A DNA stretch of 64,000 bases from Fonticula alba ATCC 38817. Taxonomy: Eukaryota; Protista; Nucleariida. Location of the stretch: NCBI GenBank assembly GCA_000388065.2, contig KB932209.1, one strand, 5' to 3'. Both the position numbers and the translations under genes were made by a program. Below, one piece after another: positions 11,371 to 24,580 of the stretch. The notes under the pieces were generated by a model that was given only the letters and a program-made list of their open reading frames with translations, was not told the DNA's origin and searched no databases. Positions within the stretch are counted from its first letter, which is position 1. Each line of letters opens with the position of its first letter.

Positions 11371-14093
11371 ATGTCTCTGGCCGCTCAGTTCGCGCCCCAC
11401 CTGGGCTACAACCCCAACAATCCCCTCCTCAACATGGAGAAGGAGGAGCAGAATGTGCGTTCCGCCGCCCGGCTTGCTCCGGAATTCCAGGCGCCAAAGT
11501 CCGCCCCGCTGGGACTCACCCATCCTCCCTCATCTCCCGGCGTAGGCCAAGTTCACCGAGATCATCCAGCTTCTGCTGGCTGCCGGGTACTTCCGTGCGC
11601 GTATCAACACCCTGTCGGAGTTTGATCGTGTCATCGGTGGCCTGGCTTGGGGCTTGGCAGTTAGCGCGTCGGATGTCGATGTCGACGTCATGTTCATCGA
11701 GAACTCGACNNNNNNNNNNCCCCCCCCGCCCCCTTCCAATGGTTGCCTCCGCCCTTTTCCCGACCAGTGCCTGATGCGCTCCCCCGGTTTTGGCCTCCCT
11801 GTCCCGTTCCCAAAGCAACATCTCCGAGAAGATCACGCGTGCCCTGCAGCGCCTCAAGTGCCCGCACCCGCTGGAGCCGCATCAGATCCAGGGTCTGAAT
11901 TTCATCTACATCTTCCCGGTCATTCAGTGGCTCGTGAAGCGGGTGATCGCCGCGCGGGCGGAGCTCGGTGACTCGGCGCGCGCCCTGTCCACATACACCT
12001 TCGACAAGCATCTGACCCTGCCCGACACGCTGGAGTTCCCGCTGGTCAGCGCCAGCGACGACCATATTGACCCGGCCACAGCTTTGGCCCGGGCCCAGGC
12101 CGTGCTGGAGGAGGCGGCCGCTCGTCGCGAGCGCCGTGAGCGCCAGGTGGCCGAAAGCGCCGGCCAGCGGCGCCTGTACCGGGCCCCGCCGAGCAAGCTG
12201 GGTGCCGAGCGCCCGGGCGCCCGGCGGCGTCCTGTTGCCGCCGGGGCCGAGAGCACGGTCCTGGACACGGCGGCCCTGCACCAGCAGGTGAACATGACCC
12301 TGCTGGAGTTCGGGCACCGGCAGCTGATGCTCTTCGGTGGCCTGGCCGGGCTGACCCCCGGGCAGGATGCTCGTGGCACGCGGGCCGATGTCTCTAAGGA
12401 GGAGGCCACCGCCGCCGAGCAGGTATGCTTACAATCCTTCCTCCTTTGGCGCGCCTCCCCCCCCCCCCCTCTGTCCCCTGTCTGCAGGGGCGTGCCTTGG
12501 CGCATTTGGCTGCATCCGGCCTCCTTCCTGACTTTCATGTTGACCTCCTTTTCTTCTCCCTCCCCCTCCCCTCCCCTTTGCTCTCCTCCCTTCCTGCCCC
12601 TCCCGGCGCACACGGCAGGAGGAGCAGCGCCGCCGCGTGGAGGCGCTCATGGAGCAGATGCACCAGCTGGATGGGGATGCCCTGTCTGCCGGGACGGATG
12701 CCGCACTCATCAAGGACATTCTGATGTCCGGCGACGCGGCCAAGATCAGTGCCCTGTCGGCGGACTACTCGCGCGCGCATGAGGCCCTGGCCATGGCCCT
12801 GGAGCAGCAGCTGTCCTCCAGCGGCGTGCAGGCCTTCCGCCGTGAGAAGGGGCACCTGGAGCGGCAGATTGCCAATGCCGAGGCACGGGCCGGCCAAACC
12901 GGCCAGGAGGCGGCCGCCGTGGCCGAAGTCTTCGAGGCCCAGGGAGCCCAGGCCACCCGGGCCCAGCGTTATGGGGCGCGCTTGATTCGCGAGACCAAGA
13001 AGCTGGACGGCCTTGTGACCGAAGAGAATGCCCCGCTGCTGGCCCGGCTGGAGGATCTCCTTTCGCAGGTGGATGCCCTGGAGGGCAATGAGGCTCGCCT
13101 GCGGGAGGACTGCATCAAGCAGCTGAATGACATCAAGCAGGAGAACCTGGAGCTGGAGGCGGCCATGTGCGTGTGCCCAAGTTGCGCCCTGTGTCCGGTT
13201 TGACCGGTCTTCTTCTCGGATCCCCCGCATCCCTCACATCGGCGCCTCTTTTTCTTTCCTCCCTAACCCCCCCCTCTCTTGCAGTAATGACGCCGAGGCG
13301 CACGACGAGATGGCTCTCGCGGTGGAGGAGCAACATGCGGCCGAGTGGGCCAAGCTCCAGCGCGCGCGTCGCCAGCTGGCACGCAAGAATCGCGTGCGTA
13401 TCCCTCGCCCCCCCCCCCCCCCCCCCCTGNNNNNNNNNNNNNNNNNNNNNNNNNNNNNNNNNNNNNNNNNNAAAAGACGATCCAATTGTTCCTCGCCCCC
13501 CCCCCCCCCCCCCCCCCCCCCTCCCCCCCCCGGCAGCCACCACACACACGCCTCTTCCGAAGCCACACCGCCTTTTCCCCGTTGCCTGACAAGCCTCTTG
13601 CTCCGCTGGCCGCGCCTTGCCCTTCCGGAAATAGGCAATCGCTCTGATTCGACGCAAGCTGGATGACATCCCCTCGCGGCCCGAGCTGGCCCAGTACCAG
13701 GCCCGGTTCTTGGAGCTCCACGCGCAGGTGACCTCCAAGCTGACCGAGACCCGTCAGTACTACGCCCTTTTCAATGCCCTGGAGGAGCAGCGCGTCCACC
13801 TGCAAAATGAGCTGGATCTGCTGAACAATGTCCACTCGACTTTCGAGCGGGCTCGCCAGGCCAGCCGCTCGGTCCAGGATTCCTGGCTGGAGAGTGTGCG
13901 CGAGAAGCTGGAGATCGCCCAGAAGGTGGACGCCCGTGCTCGGGCCAACCTGGACGCCCTGCGATCCAAGCGTGATGTCCTGCACACCCGGTACATGCAG
14001 CTGATCGACCTGCAGCGCGAGTACGACTCGACGGTCATCGCCTTCCAGGAGGCGTGCCGGCGCAACGAGGAGTTGCAGCAGGCTGCTTCGTGA
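11371..14093 (+). CDS. CCDC93: Coiled-coil domain-containing protein 93 (CCC/Commander complex subunit). Multi-exon.
   Basis: The N-terminal calponin-homology-like region matches the recalled CCDC93 signature: [34 protein letters not shown]...[12 protein letters not shown]...[44 protein letters not shown] long coiled coil follows with [25 protein letters not shown]...[12 protein letters not shown] 11371, TGA 14091-14093. Confidence 0.95.
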
Positions 14094-15084
14094 ATGGGCG
14101 GGCGGACAGCCGTGCGCCGCCTCCCGGAGCATGGGCATGCCGGGGCCCGAGAGCCTGCGCACCACACGCACACCCTTCGCGCATACAACAAACCCGGTCG
14201 CGGTCCACTCCTGTGCTTTTTCCTTTTGCCGCCTTCGGCCTTTGCCCGGCTCCCTTCTCTCCCTGCCCCTTCGTGCAGACCTGCGCCCGCCCACTGGTGG
14301 TCTAGCTATGGTCGGGATGGACCGATGCAGTGTGTGTGTGGGGGGGGGGNNNNNNNNNNNNNNNNNNNNNNNNNNNNNNNNNNNNNNNNNNNNNNNNNNN
14401 NNNNNNNNNNNNNNNNNNNNNNNNNNNNNNNNNNNNNNNNNNNNNNNNNNNNNNNNNNNNNNNNNNNNNNNNNNNNNNNNNNNNNNNNNNNNNNNNNNNN
14501 NNNNNNNNNNNNNNNNNNNNNNNNNNNNNTGGCGCCATCCGTGCCGCAATAGAAACCCGCCGAAGCCCCTCTGCCCAGCTTGCGAGCCATTGTCACGCTC
14601 CCCGCGGGGGCCTGACCTGTAGCGGAGCACGTGCCATAGCCTACTTTCCCACGTCCCTCCCTGGGCGCGGTAGTGCCTAGTATTTTTTGTTGCCACCCCC
14701 CTCCCCCTTCCCCCTTGGGGGCGAGAGGCCCGGCCTGCAGAATGCAGGCAAGCGGGCAGGCCCCCTCTCGATTGGCACGGCATCCGGTGGTGGTTGAGTT
14801 CCGCCACCTGGGGCGGGGGGAGCCGCGGTGCGGGGACATGTTCATGACCTGGCTATCTTGGCCCGGGGGCGCGTCCGCTCCGGGGCCCATGTCTCGCGGT
14901 CCGGGGGGGGGGGGGGGGGGGTCTGTGAGGGAGCAAGGTCGATCTGGGCTTGCGGCGTTCTTCGACGGGGCTGGAACATGCAGGAAGAGGGGGCTGATCG
15001 CCCGCCGCCGGCGGGGCGCAAATGGTCTGTCATGCCCGCTGGATCCGCGTCCGAGGAGGGAGGCGACCCGGACAAGGGTGCCTC

Positions 15085-15125
<41 letters not shown>

Positions 15126-15345
15126 GCCGGTATGGTTGCGGGCAAGGCCCTCGCCGAGGCATCTCCCGAAACACGGTCGTCCCCTGCTTGTGTTTTTTGG
15201 TATTATTTTGCCCCCTCCCCCCCTTCCCCGCTCGCCCTCCCTCTCAGCCTCGCATCGAGAATCCCCCGGCGCGGTTTAGCCTGCATTTGTGTGTCTGTCT
15301 CGTTGCCCGTCCCTTTGGGCGTTCTTTTTTCCTTTCCCTACCAAA

Positions 15346-18300
15346 ATGTCTCGTCGGGTGCCCTTCAGCGCGAAGAAGAAGAAGCAGCAGCTGAAAGAAA
15401 AGCGCATGGAGAAGAAGGGTGCGTCCGGGCTCTTTGTCCCGGTTCTCTTTCCGGCCGCGTCGCCCTTCGCCATTCGACTCGCCGGCTTCTGACCATCAGG
15501 GGATGGACTGCACCTGCATGGCGAATCCCGGCCTCGGCCTGGGGTCCATGTGCCCGGTGCTGTTGCCTCTTTATGCTGCAGCCCGCGCCGCCGAAGAGGC
15601 GGCCCCGAAGCCTGTAATTCCCAAGCGTCGTCAGCCGGTCATGCGCGACATCGGCAAGTGCGTCCGACTTCGCATGCCTGGAAGCGCCCTTCGGCCCCCG
15701 GCTCCCTGCCATACCTCTCTGCTTTCGGCCATTTTCCCCTCTCCAATCCTTACCCCTCCACCCCCCGCCCCGCATCCTGAAGTGGTCTTGTGTCGGTGTT
15801 TGCCCGCGAGCCGGAGGACGTCATCCAAGAGCGCATTGCCCGCAGTCGCAAGCCCTATGACCATTTGCCGAAGACCGTGTGTTTGCGCTTCGCCCTGCCC
15901 CCCTCGCCTGCCCCCGCCCCCCCTGGAGGGCTCGCACTCACTCGATGGCCGTGACTAACTTGCCCTCATGGTGCAGAGTTTGGAGATCAGCACGGAGACC
16001 CTCTTCGGGCATGATGGCACCCTTGACCTGCCCATCCGGCCGGACTGGCGCGGCAAGACCCCGGCCCAGCTGCAGCAGGACGAGTCCGACGCCTATGACC
16101 AGTGGCTGCGGCAGATCTATGAGAGCTGTCGATTGGAGGAGCTCGGCTACTTCGAGCACAACCTCGAAGTCTGGCGTCAGTTGTGGCGCGTTGTCGAGCG
16201 GTCGGATGTCATCCTGGTCGTGGCGGACATCCGCCATCCGGTCTTGCACTTCCCGCCCTCCCTGTACAACTGGGTGTCCGGTGTCATGAAGCGCCCTATT
16301 GTCCTGGTCCTGAATAAGGTGCGTCATGCCCTGTGCAAGTGCCGGGCAGAGGCAGGGAGGCGGGGGTCTTCCTCCTTTTCCTTCTTTCTTTTGCTCCTTT
16401 CCTTTCCTCCTTTCCTTTCCTCCTTTCCTTTCCTCCTTTCCTTTCCTCCTTTCTTCCTTTCCTTTCCTCCTTTCTTCCTTTCCTTTCCTCCTTTCTTTCT
16501 TTCTCTTGCCTCCCACATCACGCGGTCTCCTGCTGTGCCCTTTCTGACGCAGGGTCCCTGGGGGTTTCCTTTGGCCCGCCCCTGCCAGACGGACCTCGTT
16601 CCCCCCGAGGTGACCGATGCCTGGGTGGCGTACTTCAAGCAGCGCTTCCCGCTTGTCCATGTGTCGACTTTCACCTGCTACCCGGAGCTGAAGGACGCCG
16701 CGTCCATGGGATCTGGTCAGGCACGCCGGACGCAGAATGCCTTCCGCCCGGCGGCCGGCGTGGGGGACCTATTCCGCGCCTGCCGCGATGTGAAGCTCCT
16801 CAAGCGCGGAGTCCTGGTCGACTGGGACCAGCTGATTGCCAAGTATGATCGTCACCGCGCCGACGAGGACGATTCCGAAGATGATGAGATGCCGGCCGGC
16901 CTTACCGGGAGTGCGTGAGGGCGTGTTTTTTTTTGTTTTTCCTCCCCCCGCTCTTCAAGTCTCCATGCGCGGCATTGCCCGGCACTGTTCATCAATTTGC
17001 ATGTTCCTTCTTTTAGGCATCATCTCCCAGTTGCCTGGGGCCCACCTCCTCGGCCTCTCTCTCTCTCTTGCCGCTTTGTGCATTATGTCCTCACCTCTTG
17101 CCTGTCCCCGTGTCCTGTCTTTCTCTCCCCCCCCCTCTCCCCTCCTCTCTGCCTCCTGGCCATAGAGATGGCCAAGGCTCGGGTCGGGAAGAAGGGGCGC
17201 CATGCGGCAAGCCGCGAGCACGCCGCCGATGACGCCTCGGACGCGGAAGATCTGCCGGAGGATGCGACCCCCGAGGATGAGGAGGCCGAGGCCGTCACGG
17301 AGGGAATTTACAGCGGGGCCGATCCCCGGAGTGATATGATCACCATCGGCCTGGTGGGGCACCCGAATGTGGGGAAGTCCTCCATCGTCAATGGCATCCG
17401 CGGCAAGAAGGTGGTCAGCGCCTCAAAGACGCCGGGCCACACCAAGGTGCGCCGGCCGGCCGGGCCTCCCCGTGCATATGCCCCCTCGGCATGGTGGGTG
17501 GCAGCATCATGTTTACTCTGCCTCCCGGCTCGGAGCTAACCGCCGCATGTTGTCCACATGCCGCCGTCGACCGCTCGCGAGTAGCATTTCCAAACCATCC
17601 ACCTGTCCAAGACCGTGCGCCTGTGCGACAGCCCGGGGCTGGTGTTCCCGTCGAAGGTCAGCCGCGCGCACCAGATCCTCTCCGGTGTCTTCAACATCGC
17701 CCAGGTGAATGAGCCCTATTCGGTGGTGCAGTTCCTGGCCGAGCGTCTGCCCTTGCCGGAGATCCTGCGCCTGTCGCAGAAGGATCACCCAGCCTTCGTC
17801 CAGAGGGAGGAGGGCTCTCTCCTGCCGACTACCTTTGAGTGGACCGCCTGGGACCTGTGTGAAGGTGCGTGTGTGTGTGTGTGTGTGTGTATGGGGGGGT
17901 TGCCTCTCCGCCTCTCGGCCTCTGGCTTGCTCGCTCCGTGCCCCTCTCCGTGCCTTTCTCTCCTGTGTCCACGGGCCTGGCGTGTACTGATTCCCCTGCT
18001 CATGTGCCCGATCTTCCTCCGGGTCCCCCCTCTCCCCCCCCCCCCCCCCACACACAACCCAGCCTACGCCCACAAGCGCGGCTACATCAATGCCAAGTCC
18101 TCGCGGCCCGATGCCTACCGTGCTGGTGCGTCCGCTTCCCGGCCGTACCCATGTGTCGGTCTCTTGCTCTCTCGCTCCCGCCGCCCTCCTGGCTCTTGCG
18201 CTGACCCTTTTCCGCCGCACGCGTGCAGCCAACATGATCCTGCGCATGGCCTTTGATGGGCGTGAGCTGCTGTTGAGCTTCAAGCCGCCTGGCTTCTATG

Positions 18301-18518
18301 AGAGCCAGCCGGACTTCGCGGACTTCGGCGATGACCTCGCCCAGCTGGCCGCACACGGCGGGCCGGACCAGGCTGAGAGTGCCGATGATCAGGACTTCTC
18401 CGATAGTGAGGCGGACACTTCCGACGAGGACCTTTCGGAAGATGACGAGGACGATGAGGACTATGAGGAGGATGAGGAGGAGGATGAGGAGGAGGATGAG
18501 GACGACGAGGAGGAGTAG
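15346..18518 (+). CDS. GNL1: Guanine nucleotide-binding protein-like 1 (circularly permuted YlqF/YawG-family GTPase, Lsg1/GNL1 group). Multi-exon.
   Basis: GNL1-type N-terminus MSRRVPFSAKKKKQQLKEKR. YFEHNLEVWRQLWRVVERSDVILVVADIRHP. Permuted order G4 (VLNK|TD), then G1 (GHPNVGKSS), G2 (SKTPGHTK|HFQT), G3 (LCDSPGLVFPS). Acidic tail, TAG at 18516-18518. Confidence 0.93.
16369..16500. repeat. Polypyrimidine (TTTCCTCC-type) tandem repeat in the GNL1 intron 16319-16588
   Basis: About 130 nt of near-pure T/C built from CCTTTCCTCCTTTCTT-like units. Confidence 0.85.
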
Positions 18519-19335
18519 TGTGCCTTGGCTGTGCCTGCACTCCTGTTCCACTTCTGCCTCTCTCTCTCTCTCTCTCTGTCTCTCTCCCTCTCGTTGCAGA
18601 TATGCCCCTTTTCTGTGGCCAGGAGGCCAGACACTGATCCAGCATGATACACACGCGTCTTTTGCCCTGGTGTGAGTTGTTTTCCTTCGGGCGAGGGCTG
18701 TTGCGGCCGCGGTTTCGCCCGGGCTGGCAGGGCTCCCGGGTTTTCGGCCGGCCCACAAGGAGCCGGAGCAAGACACACGGGCGGGGAGATGGACGGGAAC
18801 ATGCTGAGATGCCAGAGGGCCATTCATTTCCATCGGGCGCGAGGCAGTCAATTCGGCTGACAACGCGCCTTGCCTCCTCCCGCCCTCGCGCCTCCCTGCG
18901 GGCGGGCGCACATCCCAGCCCGGCCGCCATGTACCTGGGCCCCCCTCCCCCTGGCGCAGGGTCCAGACTCCGGGGGAGGTCCCCACGCACCCGGTAAACC
19001 ATCCCAGGTTGGGGCACACCACCTTGGGCGGAGGCCTGAGGGCGGGGGCAGGGGGTGGGGGCGGGGGGGGGGAGGGGAGCGGCCGCCCCGGATGCGAAGA
19101 GGTCTCCGCACACCTGGCGTGCGTTCGGGGCTCATCTGTGCCAGCGCCAGGTCTTCACCTCCGAACGAGTGTTCTGGGCCGTGGCCCTCCCCACATGTGC
19201 GGAACGCTCACGGGAAGGGTGTCCGCCTCGGGGCATCTGCCGGCAAGAATGCGGCGACCGACGCCATACGGGCGCCGTACATGGCGAATTCCCGGTTCCC
19301 CCGGCCCCATCTCACCGGAAATACCTGCTGCTTGC

Positions 19336-19376
<41 letters not shown>

Positions 19377-19961
19377 GCGTGTGTGTGTGTCCCGCTCCCT
19401 CCCCTTTTTTTCTTGCCTGTTGCGAACTTGTCCGCCCGCCCTCACGCGCTACATGCACAGTCCGCGCTGGGGTGGACGAACAAGGGGGCTCGGGGGGGGA
19501 GATTGATATGCCCCTCGGCCGGTGCCCGGCATTTATTATTTCTTCCCCCCCACCCCCCCAGCCGGGGGTGCTGGTTGACATACCATGGACCGCTTTTGAG
19601 AGGCTTGGTCGCGATCTCGGGCCTCATTTTCGGCAGCGCGGCGAGAACCCGGCAGGGGGGCGGGGGCGGGGGCGGGGCTAGATTCCAGGCGCTCAAAGGC
19701 GGTGAGGGGCGCGGTGCGGCTGCGGGAGGGATGAAGAGGGAGCTAGAGAGTGTCTCTTTCCCTCTACACGCGCCATGGCAGGCGCGTTTACGGGCAGAAG
19801 GCGGCGCGAAAAAAAAAAAAAAACAATAATACAAACACCCGGCCGGACATTCTCCGCCTGTAGGAGGGCGGCCAGGCTCGCCGGCGCCGCGGGCCAGGTT
19901 TGGGCCCATCGCCTGGCGGATGGAGGTCCTCCCCCCAAAGCCCGTGGGTGCGACCGGAAAG

Positions 19962-19997
<36 letters not shown>

Positions 19998-20825
19998 GGG
20001 TGGGGAACAGAGGGACCCCTCCCCAGACAGGTCCCGGGCCAGGGAGAGGTGCTCCCCGGATCAGGGGTGAATTCCACCGGCCCCAGCCCCGCCAGGCACC
20101 AGGGCGTGCAGATGCCTCTGCACATGAAAGGGGTGACCGGGGAAGGGGGGGGGGGGGCGGGGCGGGGGGCTCGGGCGAGCGCGTCCGACATGCTGTGTCC
20201 ATGGATCTCGTTGCGTCCCGGCCCGCGCTGGACCCCGGAGCCCCGCCGCCGCCCCAAGGCCGACGCCCGGGGTGATGTTGCACTTTGGTGCGTGCGATCT
20301 GCCCCCGTTTCCCCACGACCTGGCCGCCCGGGGGAGTTCCAGCGGGGGGGTGGGGCAGGGGCCGGGCGAGCACCCTCCTCATGCGCCGGGAGTCGGGCAA
20401 TGTTGGGCTCTCGCCGGTCTGCAAATGGCCCGCAGGAGGGGGTATGCTCGCCGCGCCCCCCTTTCGCCCCGATGTACCGAGGTGTCCCCCCCTCCGGCGG
20501 CTGGCCAGCGTCCCCGGCCCCCTGGCACTCTCTCCACCCTCCCGCTCTCCTGGCGGATGTCGGTGGCCCTGGGTTCAAGGGGATCGTAGGCCACCTCCCC
20601 CAGGCCGGCCGACCTGGCACTCGCCACATCGCTCCTCTGGCACTTTTGATCTCCCGCCCGCCCGCCCACGAACATTTGCTTTTCTCCCCCTCCCCCCCCC
20701 CCCTCCCCTCCCTTCTCCAGTCTCGTGGCCCGTCTGTTTTCTTCCCCCCCCCCCCTCTCTTCGCCCTCTGAACTCCCGTGCCTGGCGCCCTGTGCGCGCA
20801 TTCCCCCCCTCGACTCGACAACGAG

Positions 20826-20972
20826 ATGGCACGGCGACTCTCCACTGTCAGTCAGCCTGTCTACCAGGAGAAGGGCGATGTTGTTATTCCCTTTGATGTA
20901 CGCCACGCGCCTGCTCCTTTCCCTTTTTCCACCCCATCAATCAACTGACTTCTTTTCCCTCCCCCCCCCCCC

Positions 20973-21004
<32 letters not shown>

Positions 21005-23041
21005 TCACTCGCACTCTGTCTCCAGCGCTCCAACATCCTCAAGTCCGGCGTCATGGTCAAGCAGGGTGGAGGCCACCGCGACGCCAACTCCAGCTCCATG
21101 ATCCGCGCTCTCGTCAAGAAGGTATTCCCACTCCCTCCCTCTGCGTCACCTGGGGCCCCATGCCGAGCATTTCCTGGCTGGCTCTGCCTTTTGGCCTGCA
21201 TTCCCCCCTTCGCTCTCTTACACCCCTCCCCCCCCCCTCCTCCCCCTCCCGCTTGCTGTTCCTTTGCCCCCTTCTCCACGGCTCAGTCATGGAAGAAGCG
21301 CTACTTCCAGTTTGATGGCAACTTCCTGGTGTACTATCGGTCTGGCACCGACACCAAGGCCGTCGGCTTCTTCGATCTGAGCTCTTCCTATCGTGTCTTG
21401 GATGGCGATGCCAAGCACGGGATGGTACCTTGCCGATGCTCTGCCCGCGGAATTTTGCCACTCCCCCCCTCCCCCCCCCCCTCTTCCGGCTTCCCTTTCC
21501 GGCCCCTGCCTATTCCTGCCTTGCGCCTGTGCTCACCCTTCCGCTGCGTTTCGCCCTTCCCTCTCCTGGGCCGCCGCAGACCAATTGCTTCGAAATCGAC
21601 ACCGGCACCAATGTCTTTGTCCTGCAGACGCTCTCGTCTCAGGATAAGATCGATTGGATGACGCTGCTCATCCACTCGGAGGCCGACCGCAAAACCATGC
21701 AGGCCTATTCCGAGCGCACGCGCAAGGACTCCCTGGTGGTGGACGACGCCGCCTCGGCGGTGCTGCCTTCCTCGGCCTCGTCGATATCCCTGGCGAGCAT
21801 GGGGGCCTCATCGCCGGCCGGCCCCGGGAGTCACTCCCGCACGGCCTCGGCCATGACTTCGCGCTCCAGCTTCGACCACTCGGACAATTCCGACTCCGGG
21901 TCGATCCTGCTGGCCTCCGACTCGGCTTCCATCTACTCGGTCTCCGCGGCGCCGGCCATGTCACTGATTCTGGCTGTACGTGTGCTGCCCATGCCCCAAG
22001 CAGATGGCCGTCCGCCCTTTTGCCAGCCTCCCCATCAACTGACCTGTTGCCACTTCCCCCGCTCTGCCCGGATCTCGTGCACAGGAATCGACGCTCATCT
22101 CCCAGCTGTACAAGACCGGTGGAAGCACTCACAAGTACAAGGTAGGCATGTCCTCTTCTTGCGCCCGCGGCTGTGCTCCCTCTCCGCCCGCTCCCCATCC
22201 ACTGACACGGATCCTTGGGTGCTTCTTTCTCCCTGGCTTTTCACCTCCGGAAGCTCTGGCGCCGGCGTTGGTTTGCCCTCTATCGCCAGAGTGTGTATTA
22301 CTTCAAAAAGCTCGACGTGCGTGTCCCCCCCCTTTTCCCCCCCCCCCCCCCCCCCCCCCCCCTGCCGCCCTTTTGCTGCCCATTTTGCTGACGGAAACCC
22401 CTCCACACCGCGGCTGTGGCTTGGCGCAGTCTGCCTCCCCGTCGGGAGTCATCCACCTTGAGCAGTATTCCGCTGTGCGGGAAGTCCCCGCTAGCCAGGG
22501 CAACGGCCCGGCTGGTGCCTTCTACTTTGACATCATCCTCCCGAAGCGCGTGTACCACTGCTACGCCGACACGGCCGAGGACCGCGCCCGATGGATCGAG
22601 GCCATCAGTCGCGCCATTTCTCAGGTAGGTGAATCTTCCTTCCACCGGGCTGGCTTGACGACCTCCACCCGGTCGCTCAGCGAGTCTTCCTTCTCCTCGG
22701 CCTCCTCCTCCTGCTCGTCGCTCTCGCAGCTGGCGGCCACTGGTGACACGGGCGGCAGCGGTGCTGCCATGGCGGCCGGTGACGACGCCGTGAAGGCGGC
22801 TCCCAAAGAGGCGGCCGACAGCCCGGCCTCCTCCATCGATGTTCTGTCCACTTTGTTGGACAGCCTGGCTGCCTCGGGCGAGGGGGCCCCAGCCGAGACG
22901 GCCCCGGCCCCGGCCCCGGCCTCGGCTTCGGCTTCGGCTCCGGCCCAGGCCCAGGCCCCGGCCATGTCCGCGGCTCCCCCCTCGGTTGATGATGCTCTGC
23001 TGCAGATGGAAAAGATGCTCAATGACCTGCACGCTTCGTGA
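20826..23041 (+). CDS. Tandem PH-domain protein (two PH domains, Ser-rich linker, short C-terminal helix). Multi-exon.
   Basis: Spliced model: MARRLST|RSNILKSGVMVKQGG...VKK|SWKKRYFQFDGNFLVYY...|TNCFEIDTGTNVFVLQTLSSQDKIDWMTLL (PH1). ESTLISQLYKTGGSTHKYK|LWRRRWFALYRQSVYYFKKLD|SASPSGVIHL...FYFDIILPKRVYHCYADTAEDRARWIEAISRAI (PH2). TGA at 23039-23041. The first exon (20826) is inferred from a GTCAGT donor and a phase-matched acceptor. Confidence 0.88.
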
Positions 23042-24580
23042 ATGGGGGCGGTTGTGGCTTCTTCCTGTCTCCCTCTCTCCCCTCCTCCTCCCTCTCCTTC
23101 CCCCTTTTTCAGCCCCATCCTCCCCCCCCCCCNNNNNNNNNNNNNNNNNNNNNNNNNNNNNNNNNNNNNNNNNNNNNNNNNNNNNNNNNNNNNNNNNNNN
23201 NNNNNNNNNNNNNNNNNNNNNNNNNNNNNNNNNNNNNNNNNNNNNNNNNNNNNNNNNNNNNNNNNNNNNNNNNNNNNNNNNNNNNNNNNNNNNNNNNNNN
23301 NNNNNNNNNNNNNNNNNNNNNNNNNNNNNNNNNNNNNNNNNNNNNNNNNNNNNNNNNNNNNNNNNNNNNNNNNNNNNNNNNNNNNNNNNNNNNNNNNNNN
23401 NNNNNNNNNNNNNNNNNNNNNNNNNNNNNNNNNNNNNNNNNNNNNNNNNNNNNNNNNNNNNNNNNNNNNNNNNNNNNNNNNNNNNNNNNNNNNNNNNNNN
23501 NNNNNNNNNNNNNNNNNNNNNNNNNNNNNNNNNNNNNNNNNNNNNNNNNNNNNNNNNNNNNNNNNNNNNNNNNNNNNNNNNNNNNNNNNNNNNNNNNNNN
23601 NNNNNNNNNNNNNNNNNNNNNNNNNNNNNNNNNNNNNNNNNNNNNNNNNNNNNNNNNNNNNNNNNNNNNNNNNNNNNNNNNNNNNNNNNNNNNNNNNNNN
23701 NNTCCCTCCCCCCCCTTTCACTCACGCCCTCGCCCCTCCTTTTCCGCAGCTTCCCCAGCCGGGGTCATCCTTCATGGCAATATACTCAGACCTACCCGCC
23801 CCATTCTCACCCCTCCTCACACACACACACATACAACCCTTCCCCTTCGACAGCTACTCTGTCTCCAGGTGCATGCATGTGGGGGCCTTTCACCCCACCC
23901 AACCACACGCGGAGTGACAGACGTCCAAGGGGCTTGGTGTTTCATCCCCCTGCACGCTGTGTGGCCATTGTCTCCCGCCTCTGTCCTCCGATGGGCGTGC
24001 CCATGTCAGCGCGCATGAGGGGGGGGGGGGGGAGCGGGAACACGCCAAGAGGGCAAGGAGAAGGGGGTCGGGCAAGGAGAAGGGGAGGTGCTGGCGCACG
24101 GTCCTGCGTGCTTGTGTGTCTGTGTGGTTGCCCAGAGTGCCGTGTGTTTCCCCGAGTATTTGTGCCCTTAGTCCCTCCCTGTCAACGGGTGCCTGCCCCG
24201 GGATGCGTGCTGCCTGCCCGTGTTCTTGAAGACCCCCCCCCCGGGAAGAGGGGGGCAACCAGGTGGCTGTTTCTTGGGTGTTTTTTTTTCTCGGTGAATG
24301 TGGTCCCGAGAGTTGAGTTGGTTCCCCCCCTCCCCACGCGTTCTGTGTCGTCTGCTGCCGCCGTGTCACCGCCTGCTCCTCGGCACTGCCGCCTGGGCCG
24401 CCATTCGGCCCCCGTGTCGCGCCTTTTCCCCCCTCCCCCACCCCCCTCGCTCTCTCTCCTCCTGGGCCGCATCCCTTTCTAACGCCAACGCCGGCCGTGT
24501 CTCGCACCCTTGCGCTGCTGCACCGGGCATCTCCCCCACACCCATCGCGTTGGTCCCGCCCTGTCCCCTCCCCACGCCAC

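Noticed and set aside
16369-16500. Tandem repeats considered as a CRISPR-like or telomeric array
   Set aside because: This is a simple polypyrimidine repeat with no unique spacers, and it sits inside a GNL1 intron.
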